In this document: positions 7,821 through 17,508 of the stretch, one piece after another
Layout: each line of letters begins with the position of its first letter
Numbering within the stretch: the first letter of the stretch is position 1
Notes under the pieces: model-generated
Databases searched by the model: none
What the model saw: the letters and a program-made list of their open reading frames with translations, nothing else
What the model was told of the DNA's origin: nothing
Made by a program: the position numbers and the translations under genes
Origin: a virus
Lineage: Duplodnaviria > Caudoviricetes
IMG/VR virus record: IMGVR_UViG_3300048113_000768
Coordinates: 1 to 29,209 of that record
Direction: 5' to 3' (one strand)
Length of the DNA stretch: 29,209 nucleotides

Positions 7821-8942
7821 TTACTTTCTTAATTTTTCTAATAATCTACCATTTCTGGTTAACTCTACCTGTGCTGGTTTTGCTATAATTGGCTTACTTG
7901 CTGGCTGCTCTTTTAGCTCTACCAACTCTGCCTTCACAGATTTTAGCTCTAACAGTTCTGCGTTTACTGTTGCAAGCTGTACATCATAAGAAGATTTTAG
8001 TTCTGAAAGTTTGGCCTCAAAACCTTCGCTTTGTTTGCTCATTAACATTTTCATTACTTCCTCAAATTGAACCTCTTTCATTTCAACTTTTTCTTCTTCT
8101 TTTTTGTCCTCTTTTTTATCTTCTTTTTTATCTTCGTACTTTTCAAGCTTTTCACCCATTTCTTCAACTCGGCCATCTTTTACTAAGATCATACCAGAAT
8201 CTGTAGGATATTCACCATCCGGTAAAGATACCTTCTCATCCTCGACCATAATATACAAAGAAGTTCCTACTTCTAATTTATCACCATCAAACATAATTGT
8301 AATATCGCCGCTAGTTACGCTGCCCATTTTAACCTCTTTTTGATTTAAGATGTTTTCTGTAAACCAGATTTCCATCTTTTCAAGAAGATTCTTTTTTTCT
8401 TCACTCATTTTTATATTGGATTTTAAATTAACTTCTTGTAAGTCTACCATCGCATCAACAGAAAAACCTTTTAACTTTCCTGTCTTTATATAATCATCCC
8501 AGATCTCATCATTGTCAACTTTCATTGTAGCAAGCCAAGATCCTTTAGGATAGCTCAAACCAAAGTTAGCCGACTTATCTATATCTGAATTTTCCACTAG
8601 CCAAGATTCCACGAAACTAACGCCCTCAATAGGCGTATCGTGTTCAAGCTTAGAGTTTAATTGAAACCCAGATTTGAAAAAATTATGTGATAGCTTTTTA
8701 ATTGTATCTTCTGAAAATACTATATTAAACTCTGTATCGTCTTGTTTTCTGTAGATTAATTGGTTAGGCTGTAAAACTAAACCCATTAAAATACGCTGCT
8801 CTTCGTCTACCTTTGAAAGCTTTACAATCTCTTCTTGTTCTGAAAGAGCGATATAGTGTTCACCTGTGGCCGGAGCGCTTACTAAACTAATAGCAAAAAC
8901 TCCATCTGAATTGTCCTTAAACTTAGCTTCAAACGTTTTCAT
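7821..8942 (-). CDS. Prohead protease (XkdF-like serine protease) fused to an acidic coiled-coil scaffold
   Basis: AISLV..PA, LMGLVL.P, LEH, VESW, PKGSW, IKTGKLKGFSVD motifs; C-terminal LPDGEY motif, EDKK repeats and heptads; immediately upstream of MCP. Confidence 0.8.
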   Translation of the reverse strand: MKTFEAKFKDNSDGVFAISLVSAPATGEHYIALSEQEEIVKLSKVDEEQRILMGLVLQPNQLIYRKQDDTEFNIVFSEDTIKKLSHNFFKSGFQLNSKLEHDTPIEGVSFVESWLVENSDIDKSANFGLSYPKGSWLATMKVDNDEIWDDYIKTGKLKGFSVDAMVDLQEVNLKSNIKMSEEKKNLLEKMEIWFTENILNQKEVKMGSVTSGDITIMFDGDKLEVGTSLYIMVEDEKVSLPDGEYPTDSGMILVKDGRVEEMGEKLEKYEDKKEDKKEDKKEEEKVEMKEVQFEEVMKMLMSKQSEGFEAKLSELKSSYDVQLATVNAELLELKSVKAELVELKEQPASKPIIAKPAQVELTRNGRLLEKLRK

Positions 8943-8975
8943 ATATTATAAACGATAAATTTTATTTATTGTTAT
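8940..8975 (-). promoter_or_regulatory. Putative phage late promoter, copy 2 (ATAACAATAA-N10-TCGTTTATAATAT-ATG)
   Basis: Matches the other three copies; abuts the protease ATG. Confidence 0.75.
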
Positions 8976-8995
8976 GGTTTTTGTATAGATAATTT

Positions 8996-10939
8996 TTATA
9001 TACCACTTCCTTCTACTATATTGCGATCAACTTGTTGGGCTGTTGTTATTTCGCCGCTAATTACTACGGCCTTAATTGGATCGCTGCCGCTTTGTATACT
9101 TTCCTGTATCGCGTTGCTCTCGCTACCTTCTACTAAATTAAACTCTGGCGCTGCTGGTCCACCTGCTGCACCATCTAAACCTGTAGCACCTCCTGTAGAT
9201 CCACCTTTTCCAAGTGCTGCCAAACCTTTTTGAGTTGCCGCCGCACTTGCTGCGATTCCTAAAGTTGCTGCCACCGTATTTATTGTTACAAATGGTTGAC
9301 CTGTTGGCGGAAATAAAAGCTTTGCCTGTGCATTTGCTGCTATTGTGCTTTGTATTGTTTTAGCCGCGCTTATTAAATTACTCGCAATAAGTGAGGCTGC
9401 CTGTAGCGCTTTGTTTTCTTCGTCTAAAGCTGCAAGCGCTTTAAAACTTTTATCTACATTGTCAATAGAGTTCCATAAAACCTCATCCTTTGCATCCGCA
9501 ACCTCTTCTGCGGTTTTAACTTCTTTTGCTGCTTTGGTTTTACCTTCTTTTACTACTTTATCAGAAGCATCTTTTACTATTTCTGCTATCCTATCTTCAC
9601 TAGCTTGATATATAGCCTCGATTTGATCCCTGTGAGCGCCCAGCCTTATTAATTCCTGTACATCTTCTTCTGCTTGATCTTCTATTGCTTTTATCTTGGC
9701 CTCCAAACCTTCAACACCTACGCGATCAAGTATATCTCTTTTTATTTTTTCATTTTTTTCAAATTCTTTAAGATCTATAGCCCTGTACTTGGCATTAATA
9801 ACCTCAATAGCTTGGAGCCTACCTTCCTCTACTAAACCTGTTTCAATACCAGCAAGTTTTGCTTCCCTTATTATTTTGTCATATTTATTCTTAACCCCTT
9901 GTATTTCTTTTTCTTGCTTGCTTAAATTTTCCTCAAAGGCTTGCTGTTGTAACTTATCAAGATCTTCTATAAGTTTTTTCTTAGCCTTTACTTCGTCTGT
10001 ATCTTGTGGATCTAATTTTGAATCTATATCTAAACTCTCTATTTTTAAGTTGTTTAATTGTTCAGTTAGAGCATTTATTTCTTGCTGGTCCTCTAAATCA
10101 ATATCGTTGTTAGCCATCGCCTTTGCCCTTATTTCAGCAGCCTTCTCATAAAAGCCAAGATTTTCTAGTGCAGCAACCTTTATTTTACCATACCAGCCCA
10201 GCTCTCGCGCAGCCATTTTTGCTCTTAATATCTGCGTTTTAAGTATTCCAATATCTGCCTCTACTATTAATTTTTTTGCCTTTAATAGCTTTTTTAGTTC
10301 TTTTAAATTTTCAGCATTAGATATGCCGCGTTTTTTATTAAAATCAATTTGTTTTTCTAATAGTGATAACTCGCTATCTATAACCCCTTTATTGGCTTCA
10401 TTTAGATCAAATTGCTTTTCTAAGTCTTTGTTTATAAATCCTAAAGTTTCACCTATTGTATCCCAGTGTTCAACTAAAAAACCAACTAAAGCCACAGCTA
10501 CACCAATACCGGAGCTAATAAGTGCAACTCTCATTGCCTTACCGCCTTTCATTGCGGCCTTACCTAAAACCAAAAGCTCACCGGCCAGACCGCCTGTCAA
10601 CTTATTTAATACCTTAACAACTCCAGAAGTTTTACTTAATCCTTTTGTATAATCATCTTGACTTTTTTTAGCTTTTGCTCTTTGGCCGTTTAAGTCTTTT
10701 AGCGCAATTCTTTGATCTTTTATAGCCTCCTTTATGCCTACTATTTTTTTCTTTAAGGCATCACCCTTTGGGTTCCAGTCTGCATTTCCTGTGGCCACAA
10801 GCTGCTGTTCAAGATCTATAAGCTCCTTTTCAAATTCAATAGTAATTTGTTTTTGTTCTGCTATTATCTTTCCAAGATCCTCAAAAGATTTCTGGGCCTC
10901 GCTAGTATTACCGGTAATTTTAATTTCCTCTTCTATCAT
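8996..10939 (-). CDS. Tape-measure-like protein, 647 aa
   Basis: Long coiled coils with two hydrophobic Gly/Ala-rich segments (ALISSGIGVAVALVGFLV; INTVAATLGIAASAAA) and a Gly-rich linker; lies among tail genes. Confidence 0.7.
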   Translation of the reverse strand: MIEEEIKITGNTSEAQKSFEDLGKIIAEQKQITIEFEKELIDLEQQLVATGNADWNPKGDALKKKIVGIKEAIKDQRIALKDLNGQRAKAKKSQDDYTKGLSKTSGVVKVLNKLTGGLAGELLVLGKAAMKGGKAMRVALISSGIGVAVALVGFLVEHWDTIGETLGFINKDLEKQFDLNEANKGVIDSELSLLEKQIDFNKKRGISNAENLKELKKLLKAKKLIVEADIGILKTQILRAKMAARELGWYGKIKVAALENLGFYEKAAEIRAKAMANNDIDLEDQQEINALTEQLNNLKIESLDIDSKLDPQDTDEVKAKKKLIEDLDKLQQQAFEENLSKQEKEIQGVKNKYDKIIREAKLAGIETGLVEEGRLQAIEVINAKYRAIDLKEFEKNEKIKRDILDRVGVEGLEAKIKAIEDQAEEDVQELIRLGAHRDQIEAIYQASEDRIAEIVKDASDKVVKEGKTKAAKEVKTAEEVADAKDEVLWNSIDNVDKSFKALAALDEENKALQAASLIASNLISAAKTIQSTIAANAQAKLLFPPTGQPFVTINTVAATLGIAASAAATQKGLAALGKGGSTGGATGLDGAAGGPAAPEFNLVEGSESNAIQESIQSGSDPIKAVVISGEITTAQQVDRNIVEGSGI

Positions 10940-11076
10940 TTTTGTTGTCTTTTAAGTTTTCTTAAAAAATCGTTCCATGTATGGACCATTTCGTATTTCC
11001 CTTTTGCTATTTCTGTATACTTACCAGCGTTATAAAAATCATCACATTTTAATACCTTAATAATTTCTGCTATCAT
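10936..11076 (-). CDS. Small hypothetical protein, 46 aa (not in ORF track)
   Basis: MIAEIIKVLKCDDFYNAGKYTEIAKGKYEMVHTWNDFLRKLKRQQK*; its TGA overlaps the TMP-like ATG (ATGA coupling). Confidence 0.75.
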   Translation of the reverse strand: MIAEIIKVLKCDDFYNAGKYTEIAKGKYEMVHTWNDFLRKLKRQQK

Positions 11077-11079
11077 TAC

Positions 11080-13443
11080 TTATTCGTTTTGCAATATTAT
11101 TATATCTGTTGTTACTCCATTTCCTACGTATCTTATTGTCATGGTTCGCGTAATTGTGCCAGCTCCCATAGTAGAAACAGATATGCCAGCCAAGTTGTTA
11201 TCTGTACCAACTACAGAAGTTGTAACCCAACTCGTGCCGTCTCCTGTGTCTATTTTTGTAACAACATAATCAGTAGCAATACCCTCAACGTTAAAAACTA
11301 AGTTTTCAAATAGTTGCCCTACAGTTATAGTAGAAGGTATGTATACCCTATTTTTTAGTGTAGTGTCAAAACCGTTAATAAGTTCCAATCTTGTTAAGCC
11401 TGTTAAAAGGTTATAAGAGTATTTATTTATTCTGTAGTCTATACTATTTATTGCAATTACATCGTTTAACTCTAGCCTTGTAACTATCTGTATAGGCAAG
11501 TTTGCGGTGTATCTAAACGTTCTGCGCTTTAGCTTAAATATCGCCTCTACATAATCTTTATAATGTATGCTGTATAGGTTATTTACTAAAGTTTCGCCTG
11601 TAAAGTTGCTATACTCTGCCTCAAATAGATTTGAGTACATAGGGTTTTCAACTCCAAAGTGATGTATTGGTGAAAGTAAATTTTGGTTAAGCCTGTCGTC
11701 GTTTCCTAAGTCATCAACAAATCGTATAGGAGTACTCGAAATATCTTGATTTGTTACGTAATGCAATACCGGTTTTGGTACAACTTGGTTTAAATTATCG
11801 TCTAGTATTACACCTGTTTGTATGTTTATGTTTTGATTCGTAGTTGCTATACCTGTATTTTGATCTACTAGCTTTTCAAAGTATATTTGCTCAAATGGCA
11901 GCTTAACCTCCAAACTATCGCCATCAATTAGTTTCTTAGGCGTTAAGCTCTCGTACACATTTACAAGTGATGAGCCGTAACCTTGACCGTCTGCCGCTGT
12001 CTTTTGAAACTGCATATTCATAATAGTACTTGGATCTTCAAACTCAAACGAAATACGTTTTAAAAGCTCTCCCCTGTCTACGTCAAACTTTGCAAAATCT
12101 ACGTACTTAGTTGCATCGTATCTTTGGCCTTGTGAGTAATAAGAATCAAGCGAGTTGATATATACGCTGCCGTCATCTTTTGGAATCGCTACAAGTTTAA
12201 ACATATTGAAAATACCTTTAAGGAAATCAACAATCTTTAACTCTGGCATTTCGTCGGCTATAACTACTTTATTTATTAAAGTTTGCGATCCTGTAGTTAT
12301 ATTTGCGATTGTTGGTATATCTGCAACTAATTTAACTACACCAACAGAAGATGTGAATTCTATTTTTGCATTACTTTTTACGTGCCAAGTAAATTTAAAA
12401 GTAGTTGTACCTTCTGGAGAAAATAAATTAGTTCCTATAGATATAACGCCATCGCCGTTACCCCATTGCTCACTACTCCAAGCGTAAACATCCTCGTTTG
12501 TATCTTCGTTTCTAACTATAAAAGTATAAGGCACATTTTCGTAACCAGCCGCAGGGGTTATGATATTACTTATAATAAATCTTTGCCTTGAAGCTCCCGT
12601 TCTTATAGTTTCAAAAGTGCCTATATTACTGGTTAAATTTATATAAGTTCCATCTCCAGTCGTAAAATCTACAATCTCCTCGCCGCCACCTATCGCCGCC
12701 CTATCGTCTGCCTTGAGCCAAAGGTATTGCTCTTTAAATTCTGTAGTACCGAAAAAATCCCTAGAAAATACAATAGGGTTCTCATAAGTTGCAGCGTTAT
12801 ACCTTGCCTCTATTGCCTCGATTATTTTTATTATCTTTATGCTAGGCCTTAGATCGCTCCATACTACGCCGGTTGCATGAGATGTACTCGCATCGTTTGC
12901 TATATTTATAGTCGTATCGTCTACGTCTGGCGCTCCTGAATGGCTATTGTAAAAATATCGCTTGTTAGCCATTAAAGTATAAACGATGTCTCCACCATAT
13001 AATGCACCTCTTAAACCGCTTATAACATTTGCGCTGGTCCAGTCATGGTTTAAAGTAGGAAATGCTAAATCGCTCAACATATCCTCGCCTACAGTATCTG
13101 AAATGTTTGGCAGATTTCCAAAGAAATTTATTGTGTAACTTTCAAGCCTACCCTTTACGATATTACATTTATTTAAGCGCCACTTTCCTGTCTTAAAAGG
13201 TACGCCGTCTATATCTATACTACCATCAACTTTTGTTCTGGAATCAAAACCGTTATCTATAGAGGCGTTATACCAGTGTTTAAAAATATTGTTATTATTT
13301 TTAGAGGCCGGTACTGTAAAAGTCTTAGAGTAATCGCCTGTATTTTTTGTTATATCGCTCACATCTAAAACAGAGCTTACAATATTTACCGCTTCGTCTT
13401 TATACTGATCCAATAACTCGCCGTTAACGTATAGATTAACCAT
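11080..13443 (-). CDS. Large tail tip/hub-like structural protein, 787 aa
   Basis: N-terminal LD.Y.DE...I...V.DV.DI.K...YSKTFTVPAS..NN.IF motif and central DFLKGIFNMFKL, typical of tail-tip proteins; adjacent to TMP-like gene. Confidence 0.65.
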   Translation of the reverse strand: MVNLYVNGELLDQYKDEAVNIVSSVLDVSDITKNTGDYSKTFTVPASKNNNNIFKHWYNASIDNGFDSRTKVDGSIDIDGVPFKTGKWRLNKCNIVKGRLESYTINFFGNLPNISDTVGEDMLSDLAFPTLNHDWTSANVISGLRGALYGGDIVYTLMANKRYFYNSHSGAPDVDDTTINIANDASTSHATGVVWSDLRPSIKIIKIIEAIEARYNAATYENPIVFSRDFFGTTEFKEQYLWLKADDRAAIGGGEEIVDFTTGDGTYINLTSNIGTFETIRTGASRQRFIISNIITPAAGYENVPYTFIVRNEDTNEDVYAWSSEQWGNGDGVISIGTNLFSPEGTTTFKFTWHVKSNAKIEFTSSVGVVKLVADIPTIANITTGSQTLINKVVIADEMPELKIVDFLKGIFNMFKLVAIPKDDGSVYINSLDSYYSQGQRYDATKYVDFAKFDVDRGELLKRISFEFEDPSTIMNMQFQKTAADGQGYGSSLVNVYESLTPKKLIDGDSLEVKLPFEQIYFEKLVDQNTGIATTNQNINIQTGVILDDNLNQVVPKPVLHYVTNQDISSTPIRFVDDLGNDDRLNQNLLSPIHHFGVENPMYSNLFEAEYSNFTGETLVNNLYSIHYKDYVEAIFKLKRRTFRYTANLPIQIVTRLELNDVIAINSIDYRINKYSYNLLTGLTRLELINGFDTTLKNRVYIPSTITVGQLFENLVFNVEGIATDYVVTKIDTGDGTSWVTTSVVGTDNNLAGISVSTMGAGTITRTMTIRYVGNGVTTDIIILQNE

Positions 13444-13445
13444 GC

Positions 13446-14510
13446 TTATATATTGTTTATTTCGTTATAACTCTTTTCGAAGCTCATTGTATAATTAATT
13501 AGCCTATCGTTTTGCCTAGTTTTAAATCTTTGTGAAGTCATTTTCAAGTTCAAAGGAGTATATACACCACTATCAAAACTCCATATTCGCTCTGTAAGTA
13601 GTATTTGCTTTAGTACCTCGTTCATATCCTCATCAAGCCAGCCACTCTCTGCCGTTAATCTGGTTCTTGCTTGTACACCATACCTTACAAATTGGTGAAA
13701 CCCATCACTTGCCTGACCTCTGTTAGTCTCAAAACTGCTATCTGTTACACTTATAGTTTCCTCTTGTTTTTTAAACAAGGTAAAGCTTTGTAAGGCGCCA
13801 TCTTTATTTTGAAAAAATAAGTCTAAAGGATTATATTTACACTCTCTTGTAATATCTAAAGTAGTTGTTTTGTCGTTCCAGATTATCTCTATATAGGATT
13901 CATTTGTAGCTACTGAAACGTCTATCCAAAGATACTTAACAATCTCGCCGCTGTCACTGGATTGTGCAGGTGTAGCTGTGTAATTTATGGCCAAAGCAGG
14001 ATAAGATTTTACGCTTACAGATACCGCCGGCGCTATGGTTACGGGAACATAAATAGGAAATACAAAACTCCCTGCTTGATTAACTTTGTATTGTTGTGGC
14101 TTTAACAGGGTATTATTTGCTACTGTTGTAATATTACGCCCCTCATTTCCATACGTATACCCTAAGGCCATTATCTCTGTATCTTCATGGTACAGAGTAG
14201 CTACCTCATCATAAGTTACGTAAGTGTATACCCATTGTTGGTTATCTCCATCTATTATTTGAACCCCTGCAACAAGTGAAGGAGTAGGTTCTTTAAACTC
14301 AATATAATCTTGTATAATTGCATTGATATTTATACTATGCGATCCAGTCGAAGCTGTAGTATTTTCGTAGGTTATTTGATAGCTATTTGTATTATCTGGC
14401 GTTGACTTGTTGCCGTTCCATACCCAAACATTTAACGTATATTTGTCGCAAGTTACACCTCCATAAACTAAAGGCGTATCAATGTAGTACGGGCTTAATG
14501 ATCTTATCAT
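13446..14510 (-). CDS. Tail structural protein (distal-tail-like), 354 aa
   Basis: F.NKDGA...F.. and L.AESGW..E......LKQILL.E..W motifs; position in tail cluster. Confidence 0.55.
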   Translation of the reverse strand: MIRSLSPYYIDTPLVYGGVTCDKYTLNVWVWNGNKSTPDNTNSYQITYENTTASTGSHSININAIIQDYIEFKEPTPSLVAGVQIIDGDNQQWVYTYVTYDEVATLYHEDTEIMALGYTYGNEGRNITTVANNTLLKPQQYKVNQAGSFVFPIYVPVTIAPAVSVSVKSYPALAINYTATPAQSSDSGEIVKYLWIDVSVATNESYIEIIWNDKTTTLDITRECKYNPLDLFFQNKDGALQSFTLFKKQEETISVTDSSFETNRGQASDGFHQFVRYGVQARTRLTAESGWLDEDMNEVLKQILLTERIWSFDSGVYTPLNLKMTSQRFKTRQNDRLINYTMSFEKSYNEINNI

Positions 14511-14512
14511 AA

Positions 14513-15061
14513 TTACTCTTTTAAACTAGATTCTAAAAAGCTTTTTACATCTATTGAAAATGCCTTCCTTAAATCAACTCTTAACTTATTAAATTCTTTA
14601 TAAAAAGGTTTTGTAAAGAAATTTGTAGTTTCTAAACCTGTATGCCATACACTATTTGAGATCGCAAACATCAAACTTTTTCTTGTTGTAAACTGTCCTT
14701 TTTTATTTCTTGGCGCTATACCTTTTAAGACGGTCCAGTTATTAAAATGTTTTGGAGCCGGCCTGTTTTCAGCTCCTTCCTTATAACTAAATTTATTATT
14801 TGTAACCTCCTTTAGATCCCATTTACTGCCATCTGCTTTTTTACCTCCAACACCTTTAACCCCATAGTCAACAAATTTCCAATAATCCTCTAAGAAAAAA
14901 GACAGTTCAAAACCGTTTTTTTCCATCTTTAAAAAGCTGGTTATAGATTCTGATAAGCCACCACTTGCATTTTTATCTTTTGCAGCTAGATTGTTTTTAG
15001 CTTGAATCTCAACGCTATCTGAAAACAGTTTTAAAGTCTTTGTTAATTCTGCTTGATTCAT
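14513..15061 (-). CDS. Putative neck/tail-completion protein (HK97 gp10-like), 182 aa
   Basis: Basic protein with ASGGL.ESI, YWKFVDYGV and FFTKPF motifs. Confidence 0.55.
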   Translation of the reverse strand: MNQAELTKTLKLFSDSVEIQAKNNLAAKDKNASGGLSESITSFLKMEKNGFELSFFLEDYWKFVDYGVKGVGGKKADGSKWDLKEVTNNKFSYKEGAENRPAPKHFNNWTVLKGIAPRNKKGQFTTRKSLMFAISNSVWHTGLETTNFFTKPFYKEFNKLRVDLRKAFSIDVKSFLESSLKE

Positions 15062-15517
15062 CTATAGGCAAATATCAAATTCTGAAATTGGCATCTCTAC
15101 ACTAAATTTTATCTCCCAGCCATCTAATAAATTTTTATCTGAAAAGGTGATCTTTGTAAACTCTGGATTTTCTGAGGCTGTAACATTGTTATTTTTAAAA
15201 TCCCTGTGAAGCTTAACCCATACTTCATTAATACAAGATAGTGTTTGGTTATGATTGTCAACTTCATTATCATTTAACCAAAATTTATCGTTTACGATCT
15301 CCTTGTTTATATCTCTAATATCTAAACATTGCATACTAACATTAAACGCTACTGTTGCATTGCTGGTAAAGCTACCAGTTAATATATCAATATTAAATAA
15401 TGGAAAGATATTTCCCTTGTTCAAATCAATATCTTGGCCCCTTGTGATCGTATTAATATAGTCTGTTTGGGCAGCGCTATTTTTGATCTGGGTTAATAAT
15501 CTTGTATATGCGTTCAT
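15062..15517 (-). CDS. Putative tail terminator protein, 151 aa
   Basis: Size, IFPL.NI motif, C-terminal LDGW...F.V strand and position next to the neck gene. Confidence 0.5.
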   Translation of the reverse strand: MNAYTRLLTQIKNSAAQTDYINTITRGQDIDLNKGNIFPLFNIDILTGSFTSNATVAFNVSMQCLDIRDINKEIVNDKFWLNDNEVDNHNQTLSCINEVWVKLHRDFKNNNVTASENPEFTKITFSDKNLLDGWEIKFSVEMPISEFDICL

Positions 15518-15520
15518 ATC

Positions 15521-15781
15521 TTATAATTCTGTAACGTTTCCTTTTTTTCTTAGCATCGCTTCCAACTTCTGTTTGTCTAGCCTGTGGGCCAAAAAGATGT
15601 GCATTTCGTGTACACTTTTTTCTAAAACAGCATCTATCCTTAAAATATCATTATCTGCTAGATCTGCTATTGTTGCGTACCATCCCCATTTTTCGAAATA
15701 GCTTGAAGCTCGTTGACCTTCGCTTGTACTGCTATCGTAGATTTCTGGGTAGCTATCCTTAATTCCTTCGATAAATTGTAA
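15521..15781 (-). CDS. -1 frame extension of the chaperone (frameshift product ~249 aa, 16269->15521)
   Basis: -1 frame reads LQFIEGIKDSYPEIYDSSTSEGQRASSYFEKWGWYATIADLADNDILRIDAVLEKSVHEMHIFLAHRLDKQKLEAMLRKKGNVTEL*; no early Met; ends 3 nt before the next ATG. Confidence 0.75.
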   Translation of the reverse strand, partial: LQFIEGIKDSYPEIYDSSTSEGQRASSYFEKWGWYATIADLADNDILRIDAVLEKSVHEMHIFLAHRLDKQKLEAMLRKKGNVTEL

Positions 15782-16269
15782 AAAAAAACCAGCGCTCCAT
15801 TTACTATGCTCAATGGTGTATACTTCATTAACTCTGCATACTGTTTGGTTCCTGTGTATGGTTCTATATCATAATTGCCAAAAAAATCTTTGCTCTTAAT
15901 TGGCCTAAACAATACAGCCATAACCTTGTGCATATTTTCAATAGTTGTACCATGCGTTGAAAGATCAACATATTCACCAGTACTAATATCATTTAGGTTT
16001 GGTATAAATCCAAATTCAACGCCATTAATTTTAAATGTACTTTTAAATTCTGCTTCCTGTGTTAGTGCTAAAGTTATCTGGGCCACAATAAGCTCATAAT
16101 CTTTATAAGCTACCTTTTCAATATCTCTAAATTTAAGATCTGTAAAAATAGATATAAGCCTTTTGTTAAAAGATATTTCGTCAAGATCTTCACGCCCTAC
16201 TAAAACAGTATATTTTTGGTACTGGTCCAAAGTGATATCTTCTATATTTTCTGGTAGCTTTAACTTCAT
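15667..16269 (-). CDS. Putative tail assembly chaperone (short, zero-frame product, 200 aa)
   Basis: ORF track; contains the slippery run GTT TTT TTT TAC at 15789-15778. Confidence 0.65.
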   Translation of the reverse strand: MKLKLPENIEDITLDQYQKYTVLVGREDLDEISFNKRLISIFTDLKFRDIEKVAYKDYELIVAQITLALTQEAEFKSTFKINGVEFGFIPNLNDISTGEYVDLSTHGTTIENMHKVMAVLFRPIKSKDFFGNYDIEPYTGTKQYAELMKYTPLSIVNGALVFFYNLSKELRIATQKSTIAVQAKVNELQAISKNGDGTQQ

Positions 16270-16302
16270 ATATTAAAAACGATTTTTTTTGTTTATTGTT
16301 AT
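16267..16302 (-). promoter_or_regulatory. Putative phage late promoter, copy 3 (ATAACAATAA-N10-TCGTTTTTAATAT-ATG)
   Basis: Fills the whole terL-chaperone intergenic gap; same boxes and spacing as other copies. Confidence 0.75.
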
Positions 16303-17508
16303 TTATCTAATCTCAACACCTGTCGAACCTCCTAAATTATATGTGACGTTGTAACGAATAGCATCGATTGCGTGATTAAAATCGTCTTTAAAAAGTTTGC
16401 TGCCTTTGTCTGCATACACATAATTGTTTAACTCCTTTGCAATATTTTGGCTGTCGTGATCAACAACAATTTCGTAATCTTGCATTAAGGCAATACCCAA
16501 AGAAATACTCCCTGCGCCCTTCTCACATGGTACAATATTTATTTGCTGTCTGCTAAGTTCGTTTATAAGTCTGGGCTCTGCACTATCTGCAACAATTAAA
16601 GATGTGCCACAAATTTCTTTGTTTATATATGCTATTTGTGTTGTAGTTAAATTGGCCTTATACAAATGCTCTTTAACATAAATCTTCTTTAATTTTTTAT
16701 CTATAGCTACAGAAATTAAAACTGTGGGATCTATACTAAAACCATAATCTTGGCCATAAGAAACCTGCTTATTATTAGGGTTAAAATTGCCAAAGCTCCA
16801 GTTAGTAAAAACAACTCCATGGGCCTTGTCTAACCAGCCACCTAAAATAACATGCTCATATTTTGTAGGGTTATTCTTTTTGATCCTTGCTATCTCATTT
16901 AAAAAGCTTTGATCTAAATTCTCTAAGTTATCTAAGTAGGTACTATGTATATAAGTAACATCACCCTTTACACCTGTGAAAGATTCCTTTACTCCGGCCT
17001 GTTCAAAAAATCTTTTGTATATCCAGTGTTCTTTTGTGGCTGGGTTTAAGATCAAGATCACCCTATTTTGTACGCCCTTTTGCCTTAGAGATAGATTTAT
17101 TTTATCAAAAGTAAATTCATTTACCAGCTCCTCGGCCTCGTCTAATATCCAAGTCGTTGTGCCTTGCAAACTTTTTAAGTTCGCTGTCTGATCTCCAGAG
17201 CTACTTTTAAGGCCTTTAAAAATTATAGAGCTACCAGAAGATGTATTTTTTATTTCGCTTCTTGTAACATCAAAATAAGGCTGTAAATCCAGAAGCTCGA
17301 TCTTTTCTTGAAATTCCGGTATAATAGACAAATGCGCAGAAGTCATTGTTTGCCTAGTAAAAAGTATTTTATGGTTCTTTTCAAAAGATAACAGGCTTGC
17401 AAACCTTCCAACTTCAAAAGATTTACCAGATCCACGACCGCCTGTAATTATAAAAAATCTGGTATCATTTCCTAAATTGGACCACTTACTCTTGTGCTTC
17501 TTTATCAT
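16303..17508 (-). CDS. terL: Terminase large subunit, PBSX family
   Basis: Walker A GGRGSGKS, Walker B WILDEAEE, LNP coupling motif, STYLDN, RNase H-like nuclease GQDYGF...DSAEP...NHAIDAIRY. Confidence 0.95.
   Translation of the reverse strand: MIKKHKSKWSNLGNDTRFFIITGGRGSGKSFEVGRFASLLSFEKNHKILFTRQTMTSAHLSIIPEFQEKIELLDLQPYFDVTRSEIKNTSSGSSIIFKGLKSSSGDQTANLKSLQGTTTWILDEAEELVNEFTFDKINLSLRQKGVQNRVILILNPATKEHWIYKRFFEQAGVKESFTGVKGDVTYIHSTYLDNLENLDQSFLNEIARIKKNNPTKYEHVILGGWLDKAHGVVFTNWSFGNFNPNNKQVSYGQDYGFSIDPTVLISVAIDKKLKKIYVKEHLYKANLTTTQIAYINKEICGTSLIVADSAEPRLINELSRQQINIVPCEKGAGSISLGIALMQDYEIVVDHDSQNIAKELNNYVYADKGSKLFKDDFNHAIDAIRYNVTYNLGGSTGVEIR

Noticed and set aside
8094-8136. EDKK-coding tandem repeat in the scaffold
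   Set aside because: Low-complexity charged linker typical of scaffolds; no separate function evident.
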